Positions 55,861 through 64,000 of a stretch of DNA of 64,000 nucleotides are shown here, piece after piece; the stretch's first letter is position 1, and every line of letters begins with the position of its first letter. A model generated the notes under the pieces. It was not told where the DNA came from. It ran no database searches and worked only from the letters and a program-made list of their open reading frames with translations. Source of the DNA: Patescibacteria group bacterium (lineage in GTDB: Bacteria; Patescibacteriota; Microgenomatia; 0-14-0-10-38-17); the NCBI GenBank assembly GCA_050953885.1, contig JBMNNJ010000001.1, positions 143,437 to 207,436 of the forward strand, read 5' to 3'. Both the position numbers and the translations under genes were made by a program.

Positions 55861-58797
55861 TTAAAGAGGCTTAATAACAATTTCTTCTCCTTCTTTTAAC
55901 ACCCGGGCGCCGGTTTTTTTCTTAATTTCTTCCTCAAACTCTTTCGGCCAAGAAGGAAGGGTTGCTTCTATCGGCTGACCGGGAGAAAGAGAGGCTTTTT
56001 GGCGAGCAGTTTGCAAAAGTCTGATTAATTCCCTCGCTTCACCTTCTTTTTCCAAAAGAGGAGTCATTCTTGTGTCCAATCTTACCTTTAATTCTTCTCC
56101 GCCCTTTTCTAAAACCACTTTTTTAACATTAAGCTCTTCCTTAATTAAGCGCGAGAGGTTTTCCTCAAGCGACTCAACGCCACCACCCTGAAGATAAACC
56201 GCCGCTAACGGTTGTCTCACTTTTATCCCCGCTTCTTTGCGCAAACGGTGGCCTTGATTACAAACTTCCCGCGCTAAAGCCATTTTTTTCTCCAATTCTT
56301 GATCCAAAAAGCTTTTCTCTTTTTTCGGCCAATTTTCAAGATGCACAGAAAGACCCTCTCCTAAATTCTGATAAACCTCTTCGGCCAAAAATGGTAAAAA
56401 AGGAGCCAAAATTTTGCTCAAAGTCAGTAAAACTTCATAAAGCGTTTCCAAACAGGCTTGGCGGTCTTTTTTGTCTTCGTTAGCTGGCTCAAGGCGAGAG
56501 CGGGAGCGGCGGACATACCAAAGAGAGAGGTCATTTTTAATAAAATCCTGAATTAAGCCGCTGGCCTGATAAGGTTGATAGCAATCTAAGTTGGCGCTTA
56601 CCTTGCCAATAAGATGATGAAGACGAGAAAGAATCCAGCGATCAAGCTCATGCTCGCTTCTTTTACCTTGAGGAGAAAAATCAGCCAAGGTGGCATAGGT
56701 AATAAAAAACCGATAAATATTCCAGAAAAAAAGATGGAATTGACGGCGGGTTTTTTGCGCCAGATGATAGCCAAAATTAAGATTCCTTTGGGGCGGTTGC
56801 TGCAAGTACATCCAACGCATCACGTCTACCCCTATTTTTTCCGCCGCCTCATCAAACCAAATAGCGTTTCCCTTGCTTTTGTGCATTTCCTCACCCTTCT
56901 CATCGCGCACCAGCCCATGGCCCAAAATTGTTTTTGTCGGCGGCGAATCTTCAAGCTCGGTGCTCATCGCAATCAACGAGTAAAACCAATTACGATATTG
57001 CCCGGGAAAACACTCTAAAATTAAGTCCGCCGGATACCATTGCCGCCAGTAGATTTTATCCCCTAAGTAACTTATCTGCCCAGTTTTAGGATCAATTAGT
57101 GTTGAGAAAGAAATAATGCCCGCGTCAAGCCAAGGATTGCCTACATCCGCAATTCTTCCGGCTTTCCCGCCGCAAACAGGGCAAGGGATTTTAACCTTAT
57201 CAATCCAGGGCCGATGGGGAGTATGGCCAGCAAATTCTTCAAAACCTTCGATTGCCTTTTTCTCCAACTCCTCTCGACTACCAATCACTTCAAAATGACC
57301 GCATTTGGGACATTCCCAAATAGGCAAAGCAAGCCCCCAATATCTCTTCTTAGAAATAAGCCAATCGTGCATATTGTTAAGCCAGTCCAATTCGCGCTCC
57401 AAACCAAAGCTGGGAATCCAGGTTATTTTTTTGGCCACCGCCATCATCCGCTGGCGCAAGGTTTTGCCGTCGGCTGGCCGGGGTTTATCCATGGCAATAT
57501 ACCACTCGTTAACCAAACGCCAAACTAATTCCGTTTCGCACCGCCAACAAACCGGATATTGGTGGCGATAGTTTTCGGTGGCAAAAAAATAAAGACCGCC
57601 GTCAATTTCCTTAAGCTTCTCAATAATTATTTGGGGATTTTCTTTAGCGTTTTTGCCGCTTAATTCTCCATATCCTTCAAGATAGCAAGCTTCTTCGTTA
57701 ATCACCGGGAAAATTACTTCACCGTATTGAAGCACTCTCTTTACTAAATGATAGTCTTCGGTGCCCGCGCCGGGAACAAGATGAACCACCCCCGTGCCTT
57801 CCTCTTCAGTAACCAAATCGGGGGCAAAAACAACTTCATGAAAGTGGGGGCTTTTCCCAACTTTTTCCAAAATTGGCAAAAAATCAAAAGGCGCCTGATA
57901 ATGAGTAACTTTTTCTTTCTTGATTAAATCTTTTCCTTTTACCTCCTTCAAAATTTTATATTTTCCTGACGGAAAAATCTTCCCCGCCATTTTTTTCCCT
58001 AACCAATATTTCTTTCCCTCAAAAGACAGCAAAACATAATCAAAATCAGGGTTAATCGCCAAAAGAGTATTGGCAGGAATTGTCCAAGGAGTTGTTGTCC
58101 AAGCAAGAAAAAATTCATCTTTAACCAGCCGGCCTTTCTTAACCACCGGCAGGCGAAAATAAACTGCTTCATGGGTTACTTCTTTATAGCCTTCGGTAAC
58201 GATTTCGTGTTGGGAAATGGCCGTACCGCAACGCGGGCACCAGGGAACCGCATCCTCGCCCTTATAAATAAGGCTGTCTTCATGGCATTTTTTCAAAAAG
58301 TGCCAGATCGTGTAGTTATTTTCCTCGCTCATCGTGTAGTAGGAGTGGTCCCAATCCATAAAATAGCCCAAACGCTTAGATTGCTCGGTTTGGATTTGGG
58401 CAAAATGAAGAGTGTGGTTTTTACAAGCCTCAATAAACTTATCAATGCCGTAGGCCTCAATCTCTTTCTTGGTTTTAAAGCCTAATTTTTTCTCCACCTC
58501 CACTTCTACCCAAAGGCCTTGGTTGTCAAAACCATTTTGAAACCTTTGGGCAAATCCTTGCATATTTTTGTAGCGTTGAAAAAGATCCTTATAAGTTCTT
58601 CCCCAAGCATGATGAATGCCCATGGGGTTATTGGCGGTAATCGGGCCGTCAAAGAAAGAAAAACGCCGCGAAGAGTGCTGGTTTTTCCTTAAATATTTTT
58701 CCAAAACCTTCTTTTCTTCCCAATAGGAAAGCCAATGATGCTCTTGGGCAACAAAATCGGGGTTTGCCTCCACCGGCGAAAATTTTTTCTTCCGCAT
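55861..58797 (-). CDS. ileS: Isoleucine-tRNA ligase, type 2
   Basis: DGPITANNPMGIHH, WTTTPWT, DWLISKKRYWG and EMHKSKGN motifs. Confidence 0.96.
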   Translation of the reverse strand: MRKKKFSPVEANPDFVAQEHHWLSYWEEKKVLEKYLRKNQHSSRRFSFFDGPITANNPMGIHHAWGRTYKDLFQRYKNMQGFAQRFQNGFDNQGLWVEVEVEKKLGFKTKKEIEAYGIDKFIEACKNHTLHFAQIQTEQSKRLGYFMDWDHSYYTMSEENNYTIWHFLKKCHEDSLIYKGEDAVPWCPRCGTAISQHEIVTEGYKEVTHEAVYFRLPVVKKGRLVKDEFFLAWTTTPWTIPANTLLAINPDFDYVLLSFEGKKYWLGKKMAGKIFPSGKYKILKEVKGKDLIKKEKVTHYQAPFDFLPILEKVGKSPHFHEVVFAPDLVTEEEGTGVVHLVPGAGTEDYHLVKRVLQYGEVIFPVINEEACYLEGYGELSGKNAKENPQIIIEKLKEIDGGLYFFATENYRHQYPVCWRCETELVWRLVNEWYIAMDKPRPADGKTLRQRMMAVAKKITWIPSFGLERELDWLNNMHDWLISKKRYWGLALPIWECPKCGHFEVIGSREELEKKAIEGFEEFAGHTPHRPWIDKVKIPCPVCGGKAGRIADVGNPWLDAGIISFSTLIDPKTGQISYLGDKIYWRQWYPADLILECFPGQYRNWFYSLIAMSTELEDSPPTKTILGHGLVRDEKGEEMHKSKGNAIWFDEAAEKIGVDVMRWMYLQQPPQRNLNFGYHLAQKTRRQFHLFFWNIYRFFITYATLADFSPQGKRSEHELDRWILSRLHHLIGKVSANLDCYQPYQASGLIQDFIKNDLSLWYVRRSRSRLEPANEDKKDRQACLETLYEVLLTLSKILAPFLPFLAEEVYQNLGEGLSVHLENWPKKEKSFLDQELEKKMALAREVCNQGHRLRKEAGIKVRQPLAAVYLQGGGVESLEENLSRLIKEELNVKKVVLEKGGEELKVRLDTRMTPLLEKEGEARELIRLLQTARQKASLSPGQPIEATLPSWPKEFEEEIKKKTGARVLKEGEEIVIKPL

Positions 58798-58842
58798 GCT
58801 CTTTATTATAATACAAAAATTTACCAACAAAAAAACTAACTT

Positions 58843-59706
58843 TCCCGAGGTTCCTGCCTAATCAACCCCCGGAGTTGATTAGCTTGCAACCTCGGGGAAA
58901 AACTAATTACTAAATTACCAAGTGTTTTATTATTTCTAACTCTCTCTGATAGCCAGCTTGATCAAAAAGAAATTCTTGGTATGTTTGAAAATCTTTAAAA
59001 TAAGACATCACTGTATCTGTCTGGCAAAACCCCTTTTGCCTGTCTAAATATTGGCCCAATGATGACCAGGGGTAAAAAACCAATTCGTCAAGATCTTTGA
59101 CTATCGCCGCCGAATAAGGATTTAGATGAATATAGCGTGAAAGATGAAGAAGCTGCTCTTCCGTTTCCACTAATACTGCCTTAAAACGCCCCTGGAAAAG
59201 AGGCCCAACGCGCTCGTTTTTTTTATTGAAATACCGCGTGTGACTATTTTCTAAATTAGTCAAAAAATTAAGAATTCCATTGTCTTCTCTTTGCTTTAAA
59301 AGAAAATGAAAATGGTTAGGCATTAAGCAAAAGCAAATAATTTCTACTTGGGTTTTATCTTCTTTTTCCAAAGACATAAGAATCTCTTCTTTCTCTTCTC
59401 TGGGCATTTCAACAAACTTTGAATAACTCCCTGGATAATTATTAAAACGATAATAATTCATTAGCTTAATAAATCTTTCATAGTCTTTTTTACCAGAATT
59501 TAAAAAAATTGGCCTCGAATCAACGCCACGGTTAAAAATATGGTAATAGTGATCATTTACTAAGGGAATCTCTCTTCTGGGCATATATGATTATTTTTTA
59601 TCATTATCACCACTTTATTTCAAGCCATAACGAGTTGTAAAAACGGGATATATCCCGAGGTTCCTGCCTAATCAACCCCCGGAGTTGATTAGCTTGCAAC
59701 CTCGGG
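58843..59706. mobile_element. RAYT locus flanked by identical 54-bp palindromic direct repeats
   Basis: 58843-58896 = 59653-59706 = tcccgaggttcctgcctaatcaacccccggagttgattagcttgcaacctcggg. Confidence 0.85.
58910..59584 (-). CDS. REP-associated tyrosine transposase (Y1/HUH)
   Basis: YYHIFNRG, CLMPNHFH, LFQGRF, YIHLNP and YPWSS motifs. Confidence 0.93.
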   Translation of the reverse strand: MPRREIPLVNDHYYHIFNRGVDSRPIFLNSGKKDYERFIKLMNYYRFNNYPGSYSKFVEMPREEKEEILMSLEKEDKTQVEIICFCLMPNHFHFLLKQREDNGILNFLTNLENSHTRYFNKKNERVGPLFQGRFKAVLVETEEQLLHLSRYIHLNPYSAAIVKDLDELVFYPWSSLGQYLDRQKGFCQTDTVMSYFKDFQTYQEFLFDQAGYQRELEIIKHLVI

Positions 59707-59758
59707 AAAAAGTAAATCCCTCTTTCCCTATTTACCTCTTGACAAGGAGGGTCTTTTT

Positions 59759-59794
59759 GGTGGAAAATGGATGAAAGTGGTGAAAAGTGGAAAA
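59759..59794 (+). promoter_or_regulatory. MraZ-binding direct repeats
   Basis: (g)tgg repeated at a 10-bp period immediately upstream of mraZ. Confidence 0.7.
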
Positions 59795-59800
59795 AGATCT

Positions 59801-60205
59801 ATGTTTTTAGGCACTTACCCGATATCATTTTCAAAAGAAAAAAATCGTCTGGCGCTGCCCGCCAAAATAAGAAATGAATTAAGCGGTCAGGCAGCCGTTT
59901 TAACGCGAGGTTTTGAAGGGTGTATCTTAGGCTACGACAAAAGAGAATGGGAAAAATCAGTCAACCGGGAATTAGAAACGCCAATTACCGAAGAAAGGGG
60001 ACGAGATATCCGCCGTTATCTTTTCTCGGCCGCGGCCATTGTTAAATTTGATCGTCAGGGAAGAATTGTTATCCCCACGATGTTAGCCGACTATGCCCAA
60101 TTAGCAGAAAAATTAGTCGTGGTTGGCGCCGGTGATCACTTTGAAATTTGGGAAGAAAGCCTATGGAAAAAACATCTAAACAAAATAAATCAGGCTTGGA
60201 AATAA
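59801..60205 (+). CDS. mraZ: Transcriptional regulator MraZ
   Basis: MFLG, RL.LP, DRQGRIVIP and GAGDHFEIW motifs. Confidence 0.95.
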   Translation: MFLGTYPISFSKEKNRLALPAKIRNELSGQAAVLTRGFEGCILGYDKREWEKSVNRELETPITEERGRDIRRYLFSAAAIVKFDRQGRIVIPTMLADYAQLAEKLVVVGAGDHFEIWEESLWKKHLNKINQAWK

Positions 60206-61173
60206 GCAGTTCTGCTGATAGTTTTTTTCATCAACCGGTTTTATTAAAAGAGGTTGAGGAACTTTTAAATATTAAAAAAGGGGAGTGGTATTTGGACGCA
60301 ACCGTAGGCGGTGGCGGCCATGCCAAGACAATTATCGCCAAAGGCGGGCATGTTTTAGGGCTTGACTGGGATAAGGAGGCGATTAAATTTGCGGCCAAAA
60401 CACTGGCTTCTTTTTCCCCTAACGGGGAAGTCTGCCCAACCCCGCCGTTTCTTGGAAACAGCGGGGGAAAGAACCAGAGTAGGCCCGATAAAGACTGGCT
60501 TCTTGTCCAAGAAAGCTTTGTTAACCTTGCGGCCGTGGTTGGCAAGTTTGGCTTAAAAGGAAAACTTGCCGGCATTCTTTTTGATTTAGGGGCAAGTTTT
60601 TATCAGTTAACCGCTCCCCAAAGAGGCTTTTCTTTTAAGAGCCAAAAGCTTGACATGAGGATGAGTCCGAAACAAGGGGTAACCGCGGCTGATTTATTAA
60701 AAGTGCTTTCCGAAAAAGAATTAGCCCAAATTTTTGAAAAATTTTCCCAAGAAGAGCTGGCCCGCCCTATTGCTAAAGCCATTGTTCAGGCGCGGCAAAA
60801 AAAACCTTTAGAAAGCGGCGAAGAATTGGCTGGGCTTATAGAAAGTGTTTATCGCCAAAAAGGCAGGAAACGAGGGAAAATTCATCCCGCCACCAAGGTT
60901 TTTCAGGCCTTGAGGATTGTTGTTAACGACGAGATTAATAATCTTAAAAAAACTCTTCCCCAAGCTTTAGAAGTTCTTAAAGAGGGCGGCCGATTGGTGG
61001 TGATTAGCTTTCACGAAGGGGAAGACCATGAGGTAAAAAATTTTTTCCGCGCTTGGGAAAAAGAAGGAAAAGTAAAAATTTTAACACCAAAACCGGTTTT
61101 ACCAGAAGAAACGGAAAAAAAACTTAATCCCGCTTCCCGAAGCGCTAAACTGCGCGCCATTTTAAAAATTTAA
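60196..61173 (+). CDS. rsmH: 16S rRNA C1402 methyltransferase; start uncertain
   Basis: HQPVL, DATVGGGGH, LDMRM, FQALRI and SRSAKLR motifs. Confidence 0.95.
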   Translation: MEISSSADSFFHQPVLLKEVEELLNIKKGEWYLDATVGGGGHAKTIIAKGGHVLGLDWDKEAIKFAAKTLASFSPNGEVCPTPPFLGNSGGKNQSRPDKDWLLVQESFVNLAAVVGKFGLKGKLAGILFDLGASFYQLTAPQRGFSFKSQKLDMRMSPKQGVTAADLLKVLSEKELAQIFEKFSQEELARPIAKAIVQARQKKPLESGEELAGLIESVYRQKGRKRGKIHPATKVFQALRIVVNDEINNLKKTLPQALEVLKEGGRLVVISFHEGEDHEVKNFFRAWEKEGKVKILTPKPVLPEETEKKLNPASRSAKLRAILKI

Positions 61174-61178
61174 TTTCC

Positions 61179-61481
61179 ATGAAAGAAACTAAAAATTACA
61201 ACAACCAGCTTTTAATCGCTTTATCAATTGCCGCCGGTCTTTTGGTTTTGGGCCAAGTGGCAATTTTGCTTCTTTTTGGCGGCGGGGGGGTAGAAGCGGC
61301 GATTGTGGCGGATAAAAAAGCCGCCCTCTTAGAAGAAAATGAAAAATTAAAGAAAGAAATTACCCAAAAAACTTCCCTTAAAACACTTCAGGAAAGAGCC
61401 TTCCAACAAGGGTTTTCGACCACCAAACAAGTTGGTTTTTTAGAAACTAACAATACCGTCAATAATAGCAAAGATGAATGA
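61179..61481 (+). CDS. FtsL-like protein
   Basis: TM plus coiled coil between rsmH and the PBP gene. Confidence 0.6.
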   Translation: MKETKNYNNQLLIALSIAAGLLVLGQVAILLLFGGGGVEAAIVADKKAALLEENEKLKKEITQKTSLKTLQERAFQQGFSTTKQVGFLETNNTVNNSKDE

Positions 61482-63174
61482 AGCGAGGCGACTAAAATTT
61501 ACTTTTTTGGTTTTTTTTGGAGGTTTTCTCGCCGTCATTCTCCGCCTCGGTTGGTGGCAAATTTACCAAAAAGAGCCTCTCTTGGCCCAAGCGGAGAACC
61601 AGCGTTGGGAAGAAAAAAATGTTCCCGCTAAAAGAGGAGAAATTTTTTTCGCCGACCAGCACCCTCTTGCCTTAAGCTTGCCTTTTTACAACCTCTTCGC
61701 TTTTAAACCCGAATTAAAAGTTGATTTTCACACCCTAGGAGAGAAAATAAGCGCCCTTCTTGAAACCGACGCCCAAAAAAGAGAAAAACTGGAAAACTTA
61801 ATGGTGGAAAAGCTTAACCGAGCACCTCTTTGGATACCCCTTTACGAAAAAATCGAGCCTGATCAAAAAAAAGCCATTGACCAACTTGGGATTAACGGCC
61901 TCCACTTTGAGGAAAAATTCAGCCGTTTTTATCCCGAAGCTTCCCAGGCGGCTCATCTTCTCGGTTTTGTGGGTAAAAATGAAGAAGGAAAAGATCAAGG
62001 TTATTTTGGCTTAGAGGGTTTTTATGAGGAAAAATTAAAAGGCAAGGAAGGAAAAGTTATTCAGGAAAATGACGCCCTAGGCCGGCCAATTATTTTAGGC
62101 AATAATTACGAAATTCCTCCAAAAAATGGCGCTGACCTGATTCTTTTTTTAGATCGCCAACTACAGTGGATAGCCGAACAAAAACTCGAAGAAGGGGTTT
62201 TAAAATATGGCGCCAAAGAGGGACTGGTAATCATTACCAACCCCAAAGAAGGGAGTGTGCTGGCAATGGCGGCTTTCCCCGATTTTGATCCTAATGAATA
62301 CAGCCAAACCGACCCGCTGCTTTTTTTGAATCCGGCGATCTCGGCTACTTTTGAACCCGGCTCAATTTTTAAACCTTTAATCATGGCAATTGCCTTAGAA
62401 AACCAAGTAGTAACGCCGGAAACAATTTGTCCCTGCGAAGGGCCGCTTGAAATTGGCGAGTATCGCATTAGTACTTGGAACAATCAATATTATCCCCAGT
62501 CAACGATGACCGAAATTATCCAGCATTCCGATAATGTCGGCATGGCTTTTGTTGCCCAAAAAGTAGGTTTGGAAAAAACCCTAAGCGGCTTGGAAAAATT
62601 CGGCTTTGGAAAAATAACCGGCATTGACCTGCAAGGAGAAGTGAGCCCTGCTTTGAGAGAAGCAAAATATTGGTCGCCAATTGATTTAGCCACCTTAGGC
62701 TTCGGGCAAGGGATTGCCATTACCCCCATCCAGATGGTGCAGGCCATGGGCGCTATTGCCAATAACGGCAAAATGGTTTCTCCCCGCGTGGTTGCTTCAA
62801 TCGTTGACGGAAAAGAGAAACAAGAAGCAATTCCCAAAAAAGAACAATCGGTAATCAGTTCTCACACTTCCCAAGAAATAACCAAGATGATGGTTAACGC
62901 CGTTGATAACGGCGAGGCAAAATGGGCTAAAATCGAAGGAGCCAAAATCGCGGGGAAAACCGGCACCGCCCAAATCCCTATCAGCGGCCATTATGATCCC
63001 CAAAAAACCGTCGCTTCTTTTATTGGTTTTGCCCCCGCCGATAACCCTGAATTTTTAATGCTGGTCACTCTTAATGAGCCAACCACTTCTCCCTGGGCGG
63101 CAGAAACCGCCGCCCCGCTTTGGTTTGAGATTGCCCGCGAAATTTTTACCGTTAAGGGGATTAATCCGAAATAA
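61474..63174 (+). CDS. ftsI: Class B PBP (FtsI/PBP2-like)
   Basis: EPGSIFK, SDN and GKTGT motifs; dcw position. Confidence 0.88.
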   Translation: MNEARRLKFTFLVFFGGFLAVILRLGWWQIYQKEPLLAQAENQRWEEKNVPAKRGEIFFADQHPLALSLPFYNLFAFKPELKVDFHTLGEKISALLETDAQKREKLENLMVEKLNRAPLWIPLYEKIEPDQKKAIDQLGINGLHFEEKFSRFYPEASQAAHLLGFVGKNEEGKDQGYFGLEGFYEEKLKGKEGKVIQENDALGRPIILGNNYEIPPKNGADLILFLDRQLQWIAEQKLEEGVLKYGAKEGLVIITNPKEGSVLAMAAFPDFDPNEYSQTDPLLFLNPAISATFEPGSIFKPLIMAIALENQVVTPETICPCEGPLEIGEYRISTWNNQYYPQSTMTEIIQHSDNVGMAFVAQKVGLEKTLSGLEKFGFGKITGIDLQGEVSPALREAKYWSPIDLATLGFGQGIAITPIQMVQAMGAIANNGKMVSPRVVASIVDGKEKQEAIPKKEQSVISSHTSQEITKMMVNAVDNGEAKWAKIEGAKIAGKTGTAQIPISGHYDPQKTVASFIGFAPADNPEFLMLVTLNEPTTSPWAAETAAPLWFEIAREIFTVKGINPK

Positions 63175-63187
63175 AGATAAAAATTTT

Positions 63188-63456
63188 ATTGCTTCATTGT
63201 TATATTGTTTCATTGTTAAAGAAGCACACAGAATTAAACAGAATAAATCCCGTTAAATCCTGCGCCAATCATTCGTTTATTCGTGTTTATTCGTTTCCTA
63301 CTCGTGTTTCCGGGCGGACTAAAGTCCGCTATTCCAAAATAAAATGGAGTAGCGCAATTTATTGCGCGCCAATTATTCGCTCATTCGCGTCTATTCGTTT
63401 TAATTCGTGTTAATTTGCGTATTTTTAACAATGTAACAATGAAGCAATGAAACAAT
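63188..63456. repeat. Nested block: inverted octamer outside, decamers inside, GTAG-type palindromes at centre
   Basis: ttgcttcattgtt..aacaatgaagcaa enclosing acagaat/attcgt repeats and gcggactaaagtccgc. Confidence 0.8.
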
Positions 63457-63491
63457 ATCTTTCTTACCCCCTTGTGCTACAATAAATACTA

Positions 63492-64000
63492 ATGTCTTAT
63501 AAGCCGAAAGCGTTCTTAAGAAAAATTTTCCCCCAAAGGTTGGTTAACCTTTTCTTCCATCTTCCCCAGGCGATTTTTTGGACCTCTTTTTACCGTTTTC
63601 CCGCCAAAAAAATGACCGTCATCGGCGTTACCGGCACCGACGGGAAAACCACCACCGCCACTCTCCTCTGGCATATTCTTAGCAAAGCGGGTAAAAAAGC
63701 GGGCTTGGTTACCACCGTGGAGGCCAAAATCGGCAAAAAAAGCTTCGATACAGGGCTCCACGTTACCACCCCTCAACCAAGGCTTTTGCAAAAATTCTAC
63801 CGCGAGGCGCAAAAGGAGGGTAGCCAATATATGGTTGTTGAGGCCACTTCTCACGGTCTTGACCAATATCGTCTCTGGGGGAGCTATTTTTATGGGGGTA
63901 TCCTTACCAATATTACCGCGGAGCATCTTGATTACCATCAAACTTACGAAAGACTGGTTCAGGCAAAAGCCAAACTTTTTAAAAATGTCCGTTTTGCGGT
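63492..64000 (+). CDS. murE: MurE ligase, partial at window end
   Basis: VIGVTGTDGKTTT, HVTTP, EATSHG and TNITAEHLDYH motifs. Confidence 0.93.
   Translation, partial: MSYKPKAFLRKIFPQRLVNLFFHLPQAIFWTSFYRFPAKKMTVIGVTGTDGKTTTATLLWHILSKAGKKAGLVTTVEAKIGKKSFDTGLHVTTPQPRLLQKFYREAQKEGSQYMVVEATSHGLDQYRLWGSYFYGGILTNITAEHLDYHQTYERLVQAKAKLFKNVRFA

Noticed and set aside
63516-63941. 141-aa minus-strand ORF
   Set aside because: Antisense shadow of murE.

Overview
This is a bacterial chromosome segment using genetic code 11. By inference it is most likely Patescibacteria/CPR (Microgenomates-like), given the eukaryote-type GlyRS, type-2 IleRS, DUF4012, many GT-C membrane proteins and near-leaderless genes. 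Positions ~0.3-47.6 kb form a large surface-glycan locus: GT2/GT4/GT-C enzymes, two flippases, glf, manC, a priming sugar transferase, an AT-rich insert at ~9.2-21.5 kb, an AbiE toxin-antitoxin pair and several pseudogenes. Positions ~47.6-64 kb hold housekeeping genes: recO, glyQS, tRNA-Val, lepB, parB, rpmA, rplU, rodA, ileS and mraZ-rsmH-ftsL-ftsI-murE. The striking feature is the non-coding DNA. Many spacers outside the AT-rich insert are filled with nested, unrelated short repeat families: CGTC-type palindromes, GTAG-type palindromes, inverted heptamer/octamer/decamer arrays and 16-31 bp micro-hairpins. Three families each bracket one small stand-alone gene: a GIY-YIG nuclease, a four-helix-bundle (IVP/Avd-like) protein and a RAYT transposase. 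Gene-less copies occur elsewhere, including in-frame inside glycosyltransferases. All alignments were done by eye; no database searches were run.
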